From: Chitinivibrionales bacterium
GTDB taxonomy: Bacteria > Fibrobacterota > Chitinivibrionia > Chitinivibrionales > WJKA01
Length of the DNA stretch: 64,000 nt
Direction: 5' to 3'
Assembly (NCBI GenBank): GCA_038247415.1
Contig: JBBRUX010000002.1
Span: 1 to 64,000 of the forward strand
Under the pieces are notes generated by a model that ran no database searches, was not told where the DNA came from, and saw only the letters and a list, made by a program, of their open reading frames with translations. Below, in pieces: positions 1 through 10,137 of the stretch (its first letter is position 1; every line of letters starts with the position of its first letter). The position numbers and the translations under genes are program-made.

Positions 1-172
1 AGGGCTCATTACAGAACGGCAATATTTTTTCACTGTGGCGGATTGGATTTGTACCCATATCCTCCTGCAAAGCCTTGTTTACGTTATAGAACAGTGTGAA
101 CACAATATATGGGGTATACCCATGAAAAACCCGGATGCGCCTAATATATTAACCTTTTGTCTGGAGGAATAG

Positions 173-1246
173 ATGAAGTATCTGCGTAGTCTTATTGCAA
201 TGGTGGTTGTGGGATTGTTTGCGGGAAGTGTTTTTGCGGGGACGAAAACACTCAATACATTTGAGAGCACATCGCTTGGAAGGGCCATGACCTACTGGGT
301 CTATCTCCCTTCCAACTATGATGCAAAGGTAGCTGCAGGCGAAAAATTTTCGGTGATCTATCTGCTTCACTGGTACCAATACGCGGCGGACGGGTGGCAT
401 GTATCCGATGGCACGCGTGTATGTCCTCTTATGGAAACAACTATTGACAGTGTACATAATGTGATCGGAATTGCACCCCAGGATGAGAGCTTTCAAGATG
501 GTAGGGGCACAAGCTGGTGGGTCAACAGTTTATCGTTTGGCAAATATGGCGATTTTGTATCAAAAGATCTTGTTGCAGAAGTCAACACCAAGTACACAAC
601 CTACGGCGATTCTGCTCACAATGGCATCACGGGCTGCAGTATGGGCGGTTTCGGCGCTCTCCATCATATTCGCGCCAATAAGAATGTTTTTAGCAAAGGT
701 TATGGAATCGTATCGCTGACAGACCTTTCGAAAAGCAGTCGAACTGGGGCCCTCTACAACCCAGCCGGCTGTCTTTGGGGGCTCTGCTCCATTTTCGGGA
801 CCAATTACTGGGGAGATTCGGCTATTCAGTCCAAATGGGCGCCTATTGCACACGCTGCTGACTACGCAGGCGTTAAGTTTGGCTTCAGTTCTTCGACGGG
901 AGATTTCTTTAAGAAAGACAACGATGATTTTGCAGCCGCCCTTAAGGTAGCAGGCGTAACTTCCAATTATGTGTGCTACAACACCAACGAAGCGCATGAG
1001 TATCCGACTCCTGCGAGAATGACAGGCATCTTAAAATTCCTTTTTGAAGATGGTCCAGCGCCAGGAGTAACCGCCTCGATTCTTTCCAAAAATGTCAGTT
1101 CAATTGGCAATGGTATTGCTAAACCATCTCATCTTTCTGTTTCTCTTGCAAAGGGAAATAGTCGATCGGTTAACAATGCAGTCGGTATTGATGGCAGAGC
1201 AATTAAGGCCAGTGCTTCTGGCGGAATTATCATTAAAGTCAAGTAA
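173..1246 (+). CDS. Secreted alpha/beta-hydrolase (putative esterase, CE1-like)
   Basis: Signal peptide; YWVYLP and VIYLLH motifs; nucleophile elbow GCSMGG; C-terminal His (AHEY); SD GGAGG upstream. Confidence 0.8.
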   Translation: MKYLRSLIAMVVVGLFAGSVFAGTKTLNTFESTSLGRAMTYWVYLPSNYDAKVAAGEKFSVIYLLHWYQYAADGWHVSDGTRVCPLMETTIDSVHNVIGIAPQDESFQDGRGTSWWVNSLSFGKYGDFVSKDLVAEVNTKYTTYGDSAHNGITGCSMGGFGALHHIRANKNVFSKGYGIVSLTDLSKSSRTGALYNPAGCLWGLCSIFGTNYWGDSAIQSKWAPIAHAADYAGVKFGFSSSTGDFFKKDNDDFAAALKVAGVTSNYVCYNTNEAHEYPTPARMTGILKFLFEDGPAPGVTASILSKNVSSIGNGIAKPSHLSVSLAKGNSRSVNNAVGIDGRAIKASASGGIIIKVK

Positions 1247-1267
1247 TTTTTGAAGCTCTATTTTTTT

Positions 1268-1309
1268 AAAACCCTTACATGCACACGCATGTTAAGGGTT
1301 TTCTTTTTT
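1268..1309 (+). terminator. Intrinsic terminator, possibly bidirectional
   Basis: AAAACCCTTACATG-cacacg-CATGTTAAGGGTTTT followed by a T-tract. Confidence 0.75.
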
Positions 1310-1313
1310 CACG

Positions 1314-1330
1314 CCCCTCATCGCCATCTT
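1314..1330. repeat. 17-bp direct repeat copy 1 (att-like; displaced mnmD 3' end)
   Basis: CCCCTCATCGCCATCTT, identical to 4293-4309. Confidence 0.85.
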
Positions 1331-1631
1331 CTCCAGAATCAAAGCTTTATTGCACTATTGTACAGCCCCTCAAGCAATTGGTATAGGCGAAACAGAGTTT
1401 TTAAGGGCCAATGTTCAATCACGGCTAGCCGGGTGTAAATTCCGCACATAAATTAGCGCATTGTTAAGAAGACAACTGCTCCATTCAGCGAAGTTTTAAA
1501 TGTAAAGCACCACTCCACCACTTAATATTGAGGAGATAAGCTGTTCTCTGCACTATCATGAGAAATTCAAAACAATAGTTAGTCACCTGCTTTGCATTTC
1601 TGCGGAATCAGGTACTCTCTATATTTTTTCT

Positions 1632-4214
1632 CTATTTTGACAAACCACATCTGATTCCAAAAACACTGGCAAACGAAGTGTCCCCCCAATGCCAATCCAT
1701 ATACCGAGAAGCAGATTGTGAGTACACAAAGGGAGTATAAAACTCATTGGCTGATTCAATGGCAGCGCCGCCTCTGCAAATTTTTGATGAGCCCGAGGCT
1801 GGTCCCTCAGGATCAGTCAAGGGGGAGGTTGTTACATAGTCACCATACCAATCATTGCATCGTTCCATAACATTTCCTACCATGTCATAAAGACCCCATG
1901 CGTTTGGTAGTTTTGTACCAACTGAACCGAATCGAGCTGCACCGAATCCATCTACATAGAACCAAGCCCGCGAACCCATTCCAACAGTGTCATTCCCCCA
2001 CCAATATGTTGTTCTGCTGCCTGCGCGGCACGCAAATTCCCATTGCGCTTCACTGGGTAGTCTAAAGGCTCTAACGCCATACCGAATCTGTAATCCAAGG
2101 AGATTTGCACATGTATTTCCCGTCATGGTTTTGCTAGCGTAAGCATAGAATGTATCAAGCCCATTCGCCTTGCTGCGGGCATTGCAATAGAGTGCGGCGT
2201 CAAACCAGGTTACCATATTAACTGGATATGTTGTATTTACAACTGTTGACGGATTGAAACCCATTACTGATTGGAAGTTCTGCTGGCTAACTTCGACCGT
2301 GTCTAGCCAGAATGAGCTGATACTTACAGTGCCGTATGTCGCTGGATGTGTGTTAAATGTTTTGGCGAATTGTCCTGCCGAAAGCACCGTTTGGCTTAAT
2401 GGGTGAGCTGTGATTGATGGGGCATCCAAGGCAAAAATTGCAGTGACGCTCTTTGCTCCATCCATGACAACGGAAGTCGGACTGGTGGTTCCGGTAGCGT
2501 CACCCGACCATGCGCTGAAATGATACCCCATGTTTGCGGAAGCGTTAATGGTTACCGAGCTGCCATGGTTGTAGGTTGACGCTGCAGGAGTGGGGGACAG
2601 GCTTCCTCCCGCCGCTGGCGAACTTGTTAATGTCAAGGCATACTTTTTTAGTGTATAGGTGGCTGTTATAGTCTTGCTTGCGTTCATGGTGACGTCAAGG
2701 GGATTTTGGGTTCCCGATGTACCACTGCCACTCCAGCCTGTAAAGGTATACCGATTATCCACCGGCGCTGTTAGCGTAACCACACTGTTGGAATCATAGG
2801 ACGTTGCATCAGGATTCCTCAATACGCTTCCCGTGAAGCTTCCTACGTCGGCGCTAATGTTTGCAGTGACTGAATATTTCTTAATGGAAAAATTCGCAAT
2901 CACAGTTTGAGCGGATGTCATTATAATGTGCGTTACAGCATTTGTTCCCTGTGCGGAACCAGTCCAGCTCGTAAACGAATACCCTATATTCGGAGAAGCT
3001 GTCAGTGTCACTACTGTTCCCGAATCAAAATCAGTACCTGCTGGATTTGTTGCAACGCTTCCATTTAATCCATTTAAGGTTACGTGATAGCGAACACTGG
3101 TAAAGACAGCAGCAACTGTTGCATTTCCACTTGTTACTACAACACTCGTAGTTTTGTTTAACGAGTCACCGAGTGTTGCACTTCCTGATGGAATAGTCCA
3201 CTTTGAAAATGAAAACCCAGAATTTGGAGTTGCTACAATTTGCGTAGATGCCCCATGATTAACAGTTGTTGCTATTCCGTTCGATGGATTCGTGGAACCG
3301 CCAGATCCAGAATTCACTGTCAACAGGTAGGTTTTTAGCGGAAAGGAGGCCGTGATATTCTTTGTAGCCCTCATTGCAATTTTTATTGAACTCGCACTAT
3401 TGACAGTATCCCCAGTCCAACCGTTAAAAGCACTGCTGTTTGAAGGTGTGGCAATAAGCCGAACTGTGTCACCGTAAAGGTAAGATGATTTATCTGGATT
3501 TTTTGATACTGTGCCACTTCCCGTTCCTGTAGTTGCACTATTTAAAGCAAGAGACCCGGTGCGAACAAATGAAGCTGTAATGATTCTATTTTTCTTTATA
3601 GTAAGCTTCATAACAGAATCGGTGGCCGAAGTATCTCCTGCCCAACCTGCAAAATAAAAGCCTGTAATGGGTCTGGCTTTTAAAGTTAGTGTATCGCCCG
3701 CAACGTAACTGGATTTTTGATTTGAGTTAATAACCGTGCCACTATCTGCCGTAATAGCAAGAGTAAATTTTTGAGCTGCGGCTGCTATAGAGAGAGTACA
3801 GGTTTTAACCACAGAATCGTAGGTATTCCAAACCTTTACTGAATAGATGCCCGAATCTCCTACCGCTAGATTTTTGAGCTTAAGAACGCTTGATGAATCA
3901 CCCACGCTCGACCCATTGCTCTTTTTCCATAAATAGTTAAGCGGAGCAGCGCCTGTTGCAGCAACCGTAAACACCGCTGAATCTCCAGCACTTTTTTGAA
4001 CATTTGCAGGAAGCAGTGATGTTATCTGAGGAGACAATCCCTTGCCAACTACAGAAAGTGTGCAAGCTTCACTAGTATCAATTGCTTTAACATTCTTTAT
4101 AACGCAATAATAAATACCACTATCGCCTAAAGCTACTTGTGAAAACGCAAGAGCTTTGAGTGTATCTTTTGGTAACAAGAAACAGGGCTTCTGGCAAGGC
4201 TGGAGCGATCTCAA
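1632..4214 (-). CDS. Surface protein with Ig-like domains, tandem InlB B-type repeats and a C-terminal FGE-sulfatase (SUMF1, CLec-fold) domain; probably 5'-truncated
   Basis: Repeated 'VTLTA.P..GY.F..W.G' units; RLPSEAQWEFACRAG and PNAWGLYDMVGNVMERCND motifs; no signal peptide, begins mid Ig domain. Confidence 0.8.
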   Translation of the reverse strand: MRSLQPCQKPCFLLPKDTLKALAFSQVALGDSGIYYCVIKNVKAIDTSEACTLSVVGKGLSPQITSLLPANVQKSAGDSAVFTVAATGAAPLNYLWKKSNGSSVGDSSSVLKLKNLAVGDSGIYSVKVWNTYDSVVKTCTLSIAAAAQKFTLAITADSGTVINSNQKSSYVAGDTLTLKARPITGFYFAGWAGDTSATDSVMKLTIKKNRIITASFVRTGSLALNSATTGTGSGTVSKNPDKSSYLYGDTVRLIATPSNSSAFNGWTGDTVNSASSIKIAMRATKNITASFPLKTYLLTVNSGSGGSTNPSNGIATTVNHGASTQIVATPNSGFSFSKWTIPSGSATLGDSLNKTTSVVVTSGNATVAAVFTSVRYHVTLNGLNGSVATNPAGTDFDSGTVVTLTASPNIGYSFTSWTGSAQGTNAVTHIIMTSAQTVIANFSIKKYSVTANISADVGSFTGSVLRNPDATSYDSNSVVTLTAPVDNRYTFTGWSGSGTSGTQNPLDVTMNASKTITATYTLKKYALTLTSSPAAGGSLSPTPAASTYNHGSSVTINASANMGYHFSAWSGDATGTTSPTSVVMDGAKSVTAIFALDAPSITAHPLSQTVLSAGQFAKTFNTHPATYGTVSISSFWLDTVEVSQQNFQSVMGFNPSTVVNTTYPVNMVTWFDAALYCNARSKANGLDTFYAYASKTMTGNTCANLLGLQIRYGVRAFRLPSEAQWEFACRAGSRTTYWWGNDTVGMGSRAWFYVDGFGAARFGSVGTKLPNAWGLYDMVGNVMERCNDWYGDYVTTSPLTDPEGPASGSSKICRGGAAIESANEFYTPFVYSQSASRYMDWHWGDTSFASVFGIRCGLSK

Positions 4215-4279
4215 ATGAGAAATACCTAATGAGGCTCTTGCACAAAAAGTAACAGCCTAAAAATTTACATACACAACAA

Positions 4280-4978
4280 TTACCTCTTAACCCCCCTCAT
4301 CGCCATCTTTTTCCCTCCAAATCCCGGATACCGTTCCATATCAAATCCCGCACTCATTAGTCCTCTTCTTACATGCCCTGCAACAGTAAAGGTGCCTACA
4401 GTACCGTTTGTATGTGTTTTTTCACCTACTGCATTTAAAACCTCTGTGCGCCAGATTTCTGGGTTTTTTTTAGGGCCGTGACCGTCGAGAAACCATGCAT
4501 CACATACTTGACACAAGGATTGTATCATTGCCAGAGCTTCGCCAAAAAATAATCTCACCTCAATTGTTCCAAGCGCTCGCTCAAGCTTAAAAACATGCCA
4601 TCCCGGCACAGATATATCTACCATGGCATACCCCTTGACAAATTCAATAATAGCGGAAGAGGCACGATCATTAAAAAGCGCCAGAATCTGTTCCATGCGA
4701 CTAGCAGCCATCGGGAATAGTTCAACGCTCTGAAAAATAATGGTTCCATGTTTAATGGCGTGTGTGTCGATCATGTACATAAGCGCTAACAGATTTCGCC
4801 CTGCGCCAAAGCCTGTTTCCCCAACAACAAAATCCTTGTGCATGGTCTTATTGGCTACGAGCCGATTGAGGATGTCATTTCCTTCGATGTAAATTTTTGA
4901 CGATTCGTAAAGAGCATCTACAACATCGAAGTAGCGATCGTTGAAATGTTCATTAACAAGATAATCGGGGGTTTCCAT
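4280..4978 (-). CDS. mnmD: tRNA mnm5s2U34 methyltransferase (stand-alone MnmC methyltransferase domain)
   Basis: ETGFGAGRN, DAWFLDGHGPKKNPEIW, TFTVAGHVRRGL and PGFGGKK motifs. Confidence 0.88.
   Translation of the reverse strand: METPDYLVNEHFNDRYFDVVDALYESSKIYIEGNDILNRLVANKTMHKDFVVGETGFGAGRNLLALMYMIDTHAIKHGTIIFQSVELFPMAASRMEQILALFNDRASSAIIEFVKGYAMVDISVPGWHVFKLERALGTIEVRLFFGEALAMIQSLCQVCDAWFLDGHGPKKNPEIWRTEVLNAVGEKTHTNGTVGTFTVAGHVRRGLMSAGFDMERYPGFGGKKMAMRGVKR
4293..4309. repeat. 17-bp direct repeat copy 2 (within mnmD 3' end)
   Basis: CCCCTCATCGCCATCTT, identical to 1314-1330. Confidence 0.85.
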
Positions 4979-4987
4979 TACGACACC

Positions 4988-5869
4988 TTATCGTCTTAAT
5001 TTTCTCTCGCGCATTTTAAAAAACGTCACGATAGGGGCAATGAAATCTTCGTGGGTAGAAATATGTATTTCGTCGACACCATTCGACTTAAAAAGTGATG
5101 ATCGAGAAGCTGTTCGGCTTTCGTACTGGCGAGTAAATTCTTGTTGCACCCGTTTATCGGACGTATCTACAAGGCAATATTCCCCCGCCTCCGAATCGTA
5201 AAGATCTACGAGCCCAACCGAGGGAAGGGATTTTTCGCTAGGGTCAACCAGAGAAAGTGCAATCACATCGTGGCGCCGTGCGCTTGCTTGCAAAGGTTTT
5301 TCGTATCCTGATGCCAAAAAGTCTGAAACCAGAAATGCTACTGCCTTTTTCTTTTGTACCTTATTTAAAAATTGCAGTGCTGCGCCAATATTTGTTCCTT
5401 TGTGCTGTGGCGTAAAGCAGAGCAATTCACGAATGACACGCAAAACGTGATTTTTGCCTTTTTTTGGCGGAACAAATGTTTCGATCTGATCTGTAAACAT
5501 GATAAGGCCAACGCGGTCGTTATTTTTAAGAGCAGAAAAAGCGAGCACCGCGCACAATTCTGCAGCTAATTCATTTTTAAATTTATTTACCGATGCAAAA
5601 TTGCCCGATGCAGATGCATCAACCACAAGCATAACCGTAAGTTCGCGCTCTTCCATATACTTTTTGACGTACGGTTCCCCAATTCGTGCAGTCACGTTCC
5701 AATCGATAGATCGAATATCGTCACCTTCAACATACGACCGCACTTCTGAGAATTCCATTCCCTGGCCACGAAATACACTATGATACTCGCCAGAAAGGAT
5801 AGTATTAAGAATACTTTTTGTACGGATTTCGATCCGATGAACTTTTTGAAGAATATCTGATGGAATCAT
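4988..5869 (-). CDS. DUF58 domain protein (vWA-like)
   Basis: GEYHSVFRGQGMEFSEVRSY..GDDIRSIDWNVTAR signature. Confidence 0.92.
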   Translation of the reverse strand: MIPSDILQKVHRIEIRTKSILNTILSGEYHSVFRGQGMEFSEVRSYVEGDDIRSIDWNVTARIGEPYVKKYMEERELTVMLVVDASASGNFASVNKFKNELAAELCAVLAFSALKNNDRVGLIMFTDQIETFVPPKKGKNHVLRVIRELLCFTPQHKGTNIGAALQFLNKVQKKKAVAFLVSDFLASGYEKPLQASARRHDVIALSLVDPSEKSLPSVGLVDLYDSEAGEYCLVDTSDKRVQQEFTRQYESRTASRSSLFKSNGVDEIHISTHEDFIAPIVTFFKMRERKLRR

Positions 5870-6864
5870 AAATTTTTTACCGAAAGGTCCCGCAAAAGAA
5901 GCAGTGATTGTAAAAATGTTTTTTGTTTATTTCGCATCGAAATCATTTGAATTACTATGCCGCAGAGCAAAAGAAATGCAACACCATTGCCAAGAAGAAT
6001 CCATTTTAATAATTTCGCGCGCTGTTCTTTTTGTTGTTGTGCGCGGTCTTCCGCCTCATTTTGCTCCTCAAACTCTTGTTTAATGCGCTTAATAGTTTCA
6101 GCATTCCCCGTACCAGTTTGCAGCAAATCGAATTTCCCTTGAAATTGCTTATAGAGCCCTGGGAGATCATCTCCCGAAAAGCCTAATATATTGAGATTTG
6201 AAATCATTTCGGAACGCATTGCTTGTCGCTGCTTTTTGGCGACTTCCCGAAAACCCTCCCCATTGCTATACGACATTCCAAAAGGAAACTGCTCTGCAAG
6301 TTTGATATATAATATAGAAGCAGTATCGTAATTTCCTGCTGTCTGATAATAAAATGCAATTTCAAAAAGGGCGTCATCTGCCACATCTGATTCCGGATAG
6401 ACATTAAAAATATTTTGCATGGTAAACATCATATGCTCAGATTCTCCGAGCTGACGATACGTTTTGCCGATCCACAGGAGATATTCTGGCTTTGATTCAA
6501 GCGAATCTGCATGCATAAAATTTTTAAGCGCGTTACCAAAATCTCCTGCAGTAAAATAGTCTAGACCAGATTTTAGATACGTAGCTGATGGATCTTTTTT
6601 ACGCCCTTCCTGTATATCATGACGATCTGCAGGAGCCACGACCTTTTTAAGCTGCATTGATGTTGGTTCGGGGGATTTTTTTTCTGGAAGCGCACTGCGC
6701 GGTGCAGCCTTAGGCACAGATGCCGTTTTAGGTGCATCTTTGTCGACAAAGATAATGCCTTTTTCTTCGTCGTAAACAAGCACCTTTTCGGCTTGAACCA
6801 AAAAGCATATGCCACACACATACCAAAAAAGCATCAAGAACCGTGGCACACATAGAAAATTCAT
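5866..6864 (-). CDS. Tetratricopeptide-repeat membrane protein
   Basis: TPR-like helices (YPESDVADDALFEIA), N-terminal signal, C-terminal TM; start uncertain. Confidence 0.7.
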   Translation of the reverse strand: MNFLCVPRFLMLFWYVCGICFLVQAEKVLVYDEEKGIIFVDKDAPKTASVPKAAPRSALPEKKSPEPTSMQLKKVVAPADRHDIQEGRKKDPSATYLKSGLDYFTAGDFGNALKNFMHADSLESKPEYLLWIGKTYRQLGESEHMMFTMQNIFNVYPESDVADDALFEIAFYYQTAGNYDTASILYIKLAEQFPFGMSYSNGEGFREVAKKQRQAMRSEMISNLNILGFSGDDLPGLYKQFQGKFDLLQTGTGNAETIKRIKQEFEEQNEAEDRAQQQKEQRAKLLKWILLGNGVAFLLLCGIVIQMISMRNKQKTFLQSLLLLRDLSVKNL

Positions 6865-6914
6865 AAACAATCTACCCTGTTGGCTATAAACGTTTCGACC
6901 CTGCACACTATCTT

Positions 6915-6957
6915 AAAAAGGAAGAAAGCCTATTGCATACGCTATCATACAATAGGC
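6915..6957 (-). terminator. Intrinsic terminator after sugar isomerase
   Basis: GCCTATTG...CAATAGGC hairpin followed by a T-rich run on the minus strand. Confidence 0.6.
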
Positions 6958-6988
6958 CCCCATTAGTATTATCACGTAAAGAATCTTA

Positions 6989-7975
6989 TTAGGCAATAAG
7001 ATTTTCACGAATAAAAGCAGAAGTAGCCACAGGATCTCGCTGACGAATTAACTTTTCGGTAGCGTCAACCCCAATTTTATCGAGCAATTTGTGCATTTTT
7101 TGAACAAAGAGCATCGAGCTTCGCACAGCACCGTAGCCGTCTTCTCGGTAGGGATACTGATCCATGCTGTACCATCCTTTGTATCCCGTTTTTTCTGTCC
7201 AGTATACTATTTCAAAGAACTCAACTAAATGAATAGACCCAACGATCATGTCGTCATCCCACGAGCCAAAATTATCGTTAAAATGCATATGATAGAGTTT
7301 ATCGCCAAACATTTTAAGGAGTGCAATAGATTCGCCAACATTCTCGTAGGCCAAAAATGCATGGCCTGTATCCACGCCCACACCAACATTTTCCATACCT
7401 GGCAAATTTGCAACCAAAAGAGCATCCGATACGCGGGCAATATAGGAATGGGTGCGAGGTTCTTTCATTTTATATTCGAGAGCAATTTTAACTTTTTTGG
7501 GTTTTGCATACGCAGCACATTGACGAATGCTATCAACCATCCATTCGCGTTCTTGAATGTAATCTGCAGCCAGAGGATAATCGAAACCATCCTGCCCAGG
7601 CCACAAATTAATAAGATCGCACCCAAGCATCACGGCAATATCAATCATCTTGTTGATTTCCGCAACTGCATCTTTTCTAATCTGGGGGTCTGCAGATGCG
7701 ATAGATCCTTTGCCCCATTTTTTCTGGCCAAAAACATCGGGTATAATAGACGAACACGCCAAGCCATTGTCAGAAAGTTTCTGCTTCATGGATACAGCAT
7801 TATTTTCGTCTATATCCCAGGTGCCAACAAGTTCTATACCTGTAACACCCTCGATAGAGGCGGCTTGCTTAATCATGAGATCCTTGTCGAGGGCTTCTTT
7901 ATATCCGCTTGACAAAAACCGATCGCAGGTATTTCCAAGATTGCCAAGGATTACCGAATATTTTCTTGCTGCCAT
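6989..7975 (-). CDS. Xylose-isomerase-like TIM-barrel sugar isomerase
   Basis: WPGQDG, EYKMKEPR, DTGH, HFNDN, WDDD and MDQYP metal-binding motifs. Confidence 0.85.
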   Translation of the reverse strand: MAARKYSVILGNLGNTCDRFLSSGYKEALDKDLMIKQAASIEGVTGIELVGTWDIDENNAVSMKQKLSDNGLACSSIIPDVFGQKKWGKGSIASADPQIRKDAVAEINKMIDIAVMLGCDLINLWPGQDGFDYPLAADYIQEREWMVDSIRQCAAYAKPKKVKIALEYKMKEPRTHSYIARVSDALLVANLPGMENVGVGVDTGHAFLAYENVGESIALLKMFGDKLYHMHFNDNFGSWDDDMIVGSIHLVEFFEIVYWTEKTGYKGWYSMDQYPYREDGYGAVRSSMLFVQKMHKLLDKIGVDATEKLIRQRDPVATSAFIRENLIA

Positions 7976-8007
7976 AGAAACTCCTTTGTGTAGTAAGGTA
8001 AGAAATT

Positions 8008-8886
8008 TTAATGCTCGTTACGTCGCCACTGATGAGGCGTTATTCCATAGGTACTTTTAAACTTTCGCAAAAAACAGGAAAATGTTGGAAACCCAGTGCC
8101 TGCTGCAATATGGTCTGCACTTTTATTTGACGATTTAAGCTCGAGGCATGCCATAGCAAGGCGAACACTTAAGAGATAATCGAGTGGATTTTTTCCAATT
8201 GCCTTATAAAAAATTCTTCTAAAATGGGGTATACTCATGGAACATAGTGAAGCAAGCGCCGAGATTTCGATTTTATTGTTAAAATTGATGCAAATATATG
8301 ATAGCGCTGGATTAATTCTTGTGAGACTGCTGGAAGAAAACGACTCGTCGTGCTGCACATATGCATGAGGGAAATGGCGATACATAAGAAGCATAAGATA
8401 CAAAACAAGCGATCGCACAACGCGCTGATAATGAAGTTTTACTTCGCGCAGTTCGTTTACAATAAGAACAATAGCTGCGTGAACATCTGGCAGCATTGCC
8501 TCCGAAATAACATTCTCAAACATTTTTCCGCAAAACGGGGAAATATCAAAAACCGATACTTCTACAGAAAATTGGGCAAGTAATTTTCCTACGTCAAGAT
8601 ACACCCAGCTAAACACCGATTCGACACCTTCTCGACTTTGAGCCCGATGCGGTTCCCGATCGTTGATAAAGATCACATCGCCCGTTTTGTAGCTGAGCAC
8701 CTTATTTGCAATAACAAAGATACCTTCGCCTGCAATGCACGTCCCAAGTTCAAGACAGTCGTGCATATGCAAGGTTGCGATTTTATGATCGTGCACTATA
8801 TCGGGGAAAATCAGAGCTGGAAACGTTGTTTGAAATTCAACCAGCGCTGGATCCAGAGGATATGTGGATATCTGATTTTTTGTCAT
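8008..8886 (-). CDS. AraC-family transcriptional regulator
   Basis: N-terminal cupin (LHMHDCLE); C-terminal double HTH (GF.TFS.F.RKFK..YGITP). Confidence 0.92.
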   Translation of the reverse strand: MTKNQISTYPLDPALVEFQTTFPALIFPDIVHDHKIATLHMHDCLELGTCIAGEGIFVIANKVLSYKTGDVIFINDREPHRAQSREGVESVFSWVYLDVGKLLAQFSVEVSVFDISPFCGKMFENVISEAMLPDVHAAIVLIVNELREVKLHYQRVVRSLVLYLMLLMYRHFPHAYVQHDESFSSSSLTRINPALSYICINFNNKIEISALASLCSMSIPHFRRIFYKAIGKNPLDYLLSVRLAMACLELKSSNKSADHIAAGTGFPTFSCFLRKFKSTYGITPHQWRRNEH

Positions 8887-9049
8887 GGTGCAGAACCAGC
8901 TAAAGCGTGCAAAAGGGATTAGAACAGAAAAATAAGTATATGGAAGAGAGCTCGTCTATAATTTTGACATATTGATGCATGGATGATTAAGAAAGCTATT
9001 ATTTTTAATCATTATATTTCTAGCAATTCAGATTAAGGAGAATTCACGT

Positions 9050-10105
9050 ATGGTTAAAATCGGGATCATCGGCACCGGTAACATGGGAAACCAACATGCA
9101 AAAGCGCTAGAAGCCATAAAAGGCACCAAAATTATTGCCTGCTGCGATATTAATGAACAACGAAGCACCGCCTTTGCAAACACCTGGAAAATCCCCCATG
9201 TGTATACCGATTACAAGCAGATGCTTGCGAGCGAAAATCTCGACGCCCTTTACAACATTACCGTCGACGCGCTGCATGCACCCATTTCTATAGCCGCGCT
9301 TAAGAAAAACATTGCCGTCCTCTGCGAGAAACCCCTCGCTACAACACTTGCCGAAGCAAAAAAAATGACCCTCGCAGCAAAGGCAAGTAGTGCTATATCC
9401 ATGATCAACTTTACCTATCGTAATGCTCCTGCTGTACAAGGTGCTGCAAAAGCCATTGCCGCAGGAAAAATTGGTCGCATTATGCATGTTGAGGCAAGCT
9501 ATCTGCAAAGCTGGCTTGTTCAAGCTGCTTGGGGCGATTGGAAAACAGATCCAACCTGGACCTGGCGCCTTTCGACAGCTCACGGAAGCGGTGGGGCATT
9601 GGCCGATGTGGGTTGCCATATCTACGATCTTGTTACCTTTTTATGTGGCGATATCACTACCATGGCGTGTACCACCAAAACATTTGATAAGGGCTTTAAA
9701 AATAACCGCATTGGCGAATTTGTTCTGGATGCAAACGATAGTTTTGTTTCAACCGTCGAATTTGCCCACGGTGGCGTAGGAACAATCCACGGAAGCCGCT
9801 GGGCTACCGGAAAAATGAATGCCCTGTCGGTTCGCATTTTTGGTGATACCGGCGCTCTTGATATCGATCTTGACAGAAGCGCCGATAGTTTCAAAATGGT
9901 GAGCGGTACAGCGGCATGTACTTCTGCAACCTGGGAGACTATCTCCTGTAAACCTGTTCTAACAAACTCCGAACGCTTTATTCGTGCAGTTTCAAAAGGC
10001 GTCGCAGATCAACCCGACTTTGATGCAGGACTTAAGGTCCAGGCATACTTGCATTATAGCCAGATTTCCAGCAACGAGAAAAAAACGATTGCAATAAAAA
10101 TTTAA
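9050..10105 (+). CDS. Gfo/Idh/MocA oxidoreductase
   Basis: GIIGTGNMG, VLCEKP and GGALADVGCH motifs; SD AAGGAG. Confidence 0.93.
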   Translation: MVKIGIIGTGNMGNQHAKALEAIKGTKIIACCDINEQRSTAFANTWKIPHVYTDYKQMLASENLDALYNITVDALHAPISIAALKKNIAVLCEKPLATTLAEAKKMTLAAKASSAISMINFTYRNAPAVQGAAKAIAAGKIGRIMHVEASYLQSWLVQAAWGDWKTDPTWTWRLSTAHGSGGALADVGCHIYDLVTFLCGDITTMACTTKTFDKGFKNNRIGEFVLDANDSFVSTVEFAHGGVGTIHGSRWATGKMNALSVRIFGDTGALDIDLDRSADSFKMVSGTAACTSATWETISCKPVLTNSERFIRAVSKGVADQPDFDAGLKVQAYLHYSQISSNEKKTIAIKI

Positions 10106-10137
10106 CGTTTAGCTTTTTTCCTTTAAAGGAGTTTTGC

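Larger units (their letters stand above)
1314..4309. mobile_element. Decayed integrated islet in the 3' end of mnmD
   Basis: Bounded by 17-bp direct repeats of the mnmD tail; cargo gene is 5'-truncated; no integrase left. Confidence 0.55.

Noticed and set aside
4988..5869. DUF58 as part of a MoxR-vWA (Bat) operon
   Set aside because: No MoxR ATPase or BatA-like gene is adjacent; dispersal of these genes is unremarkable.
7229..7912. Long antisense ORFs (also 33203-33907, 37478-38050, 9107-9619)
   Set aside because: Shadow frames opposite well-supported genes, with no motifs.
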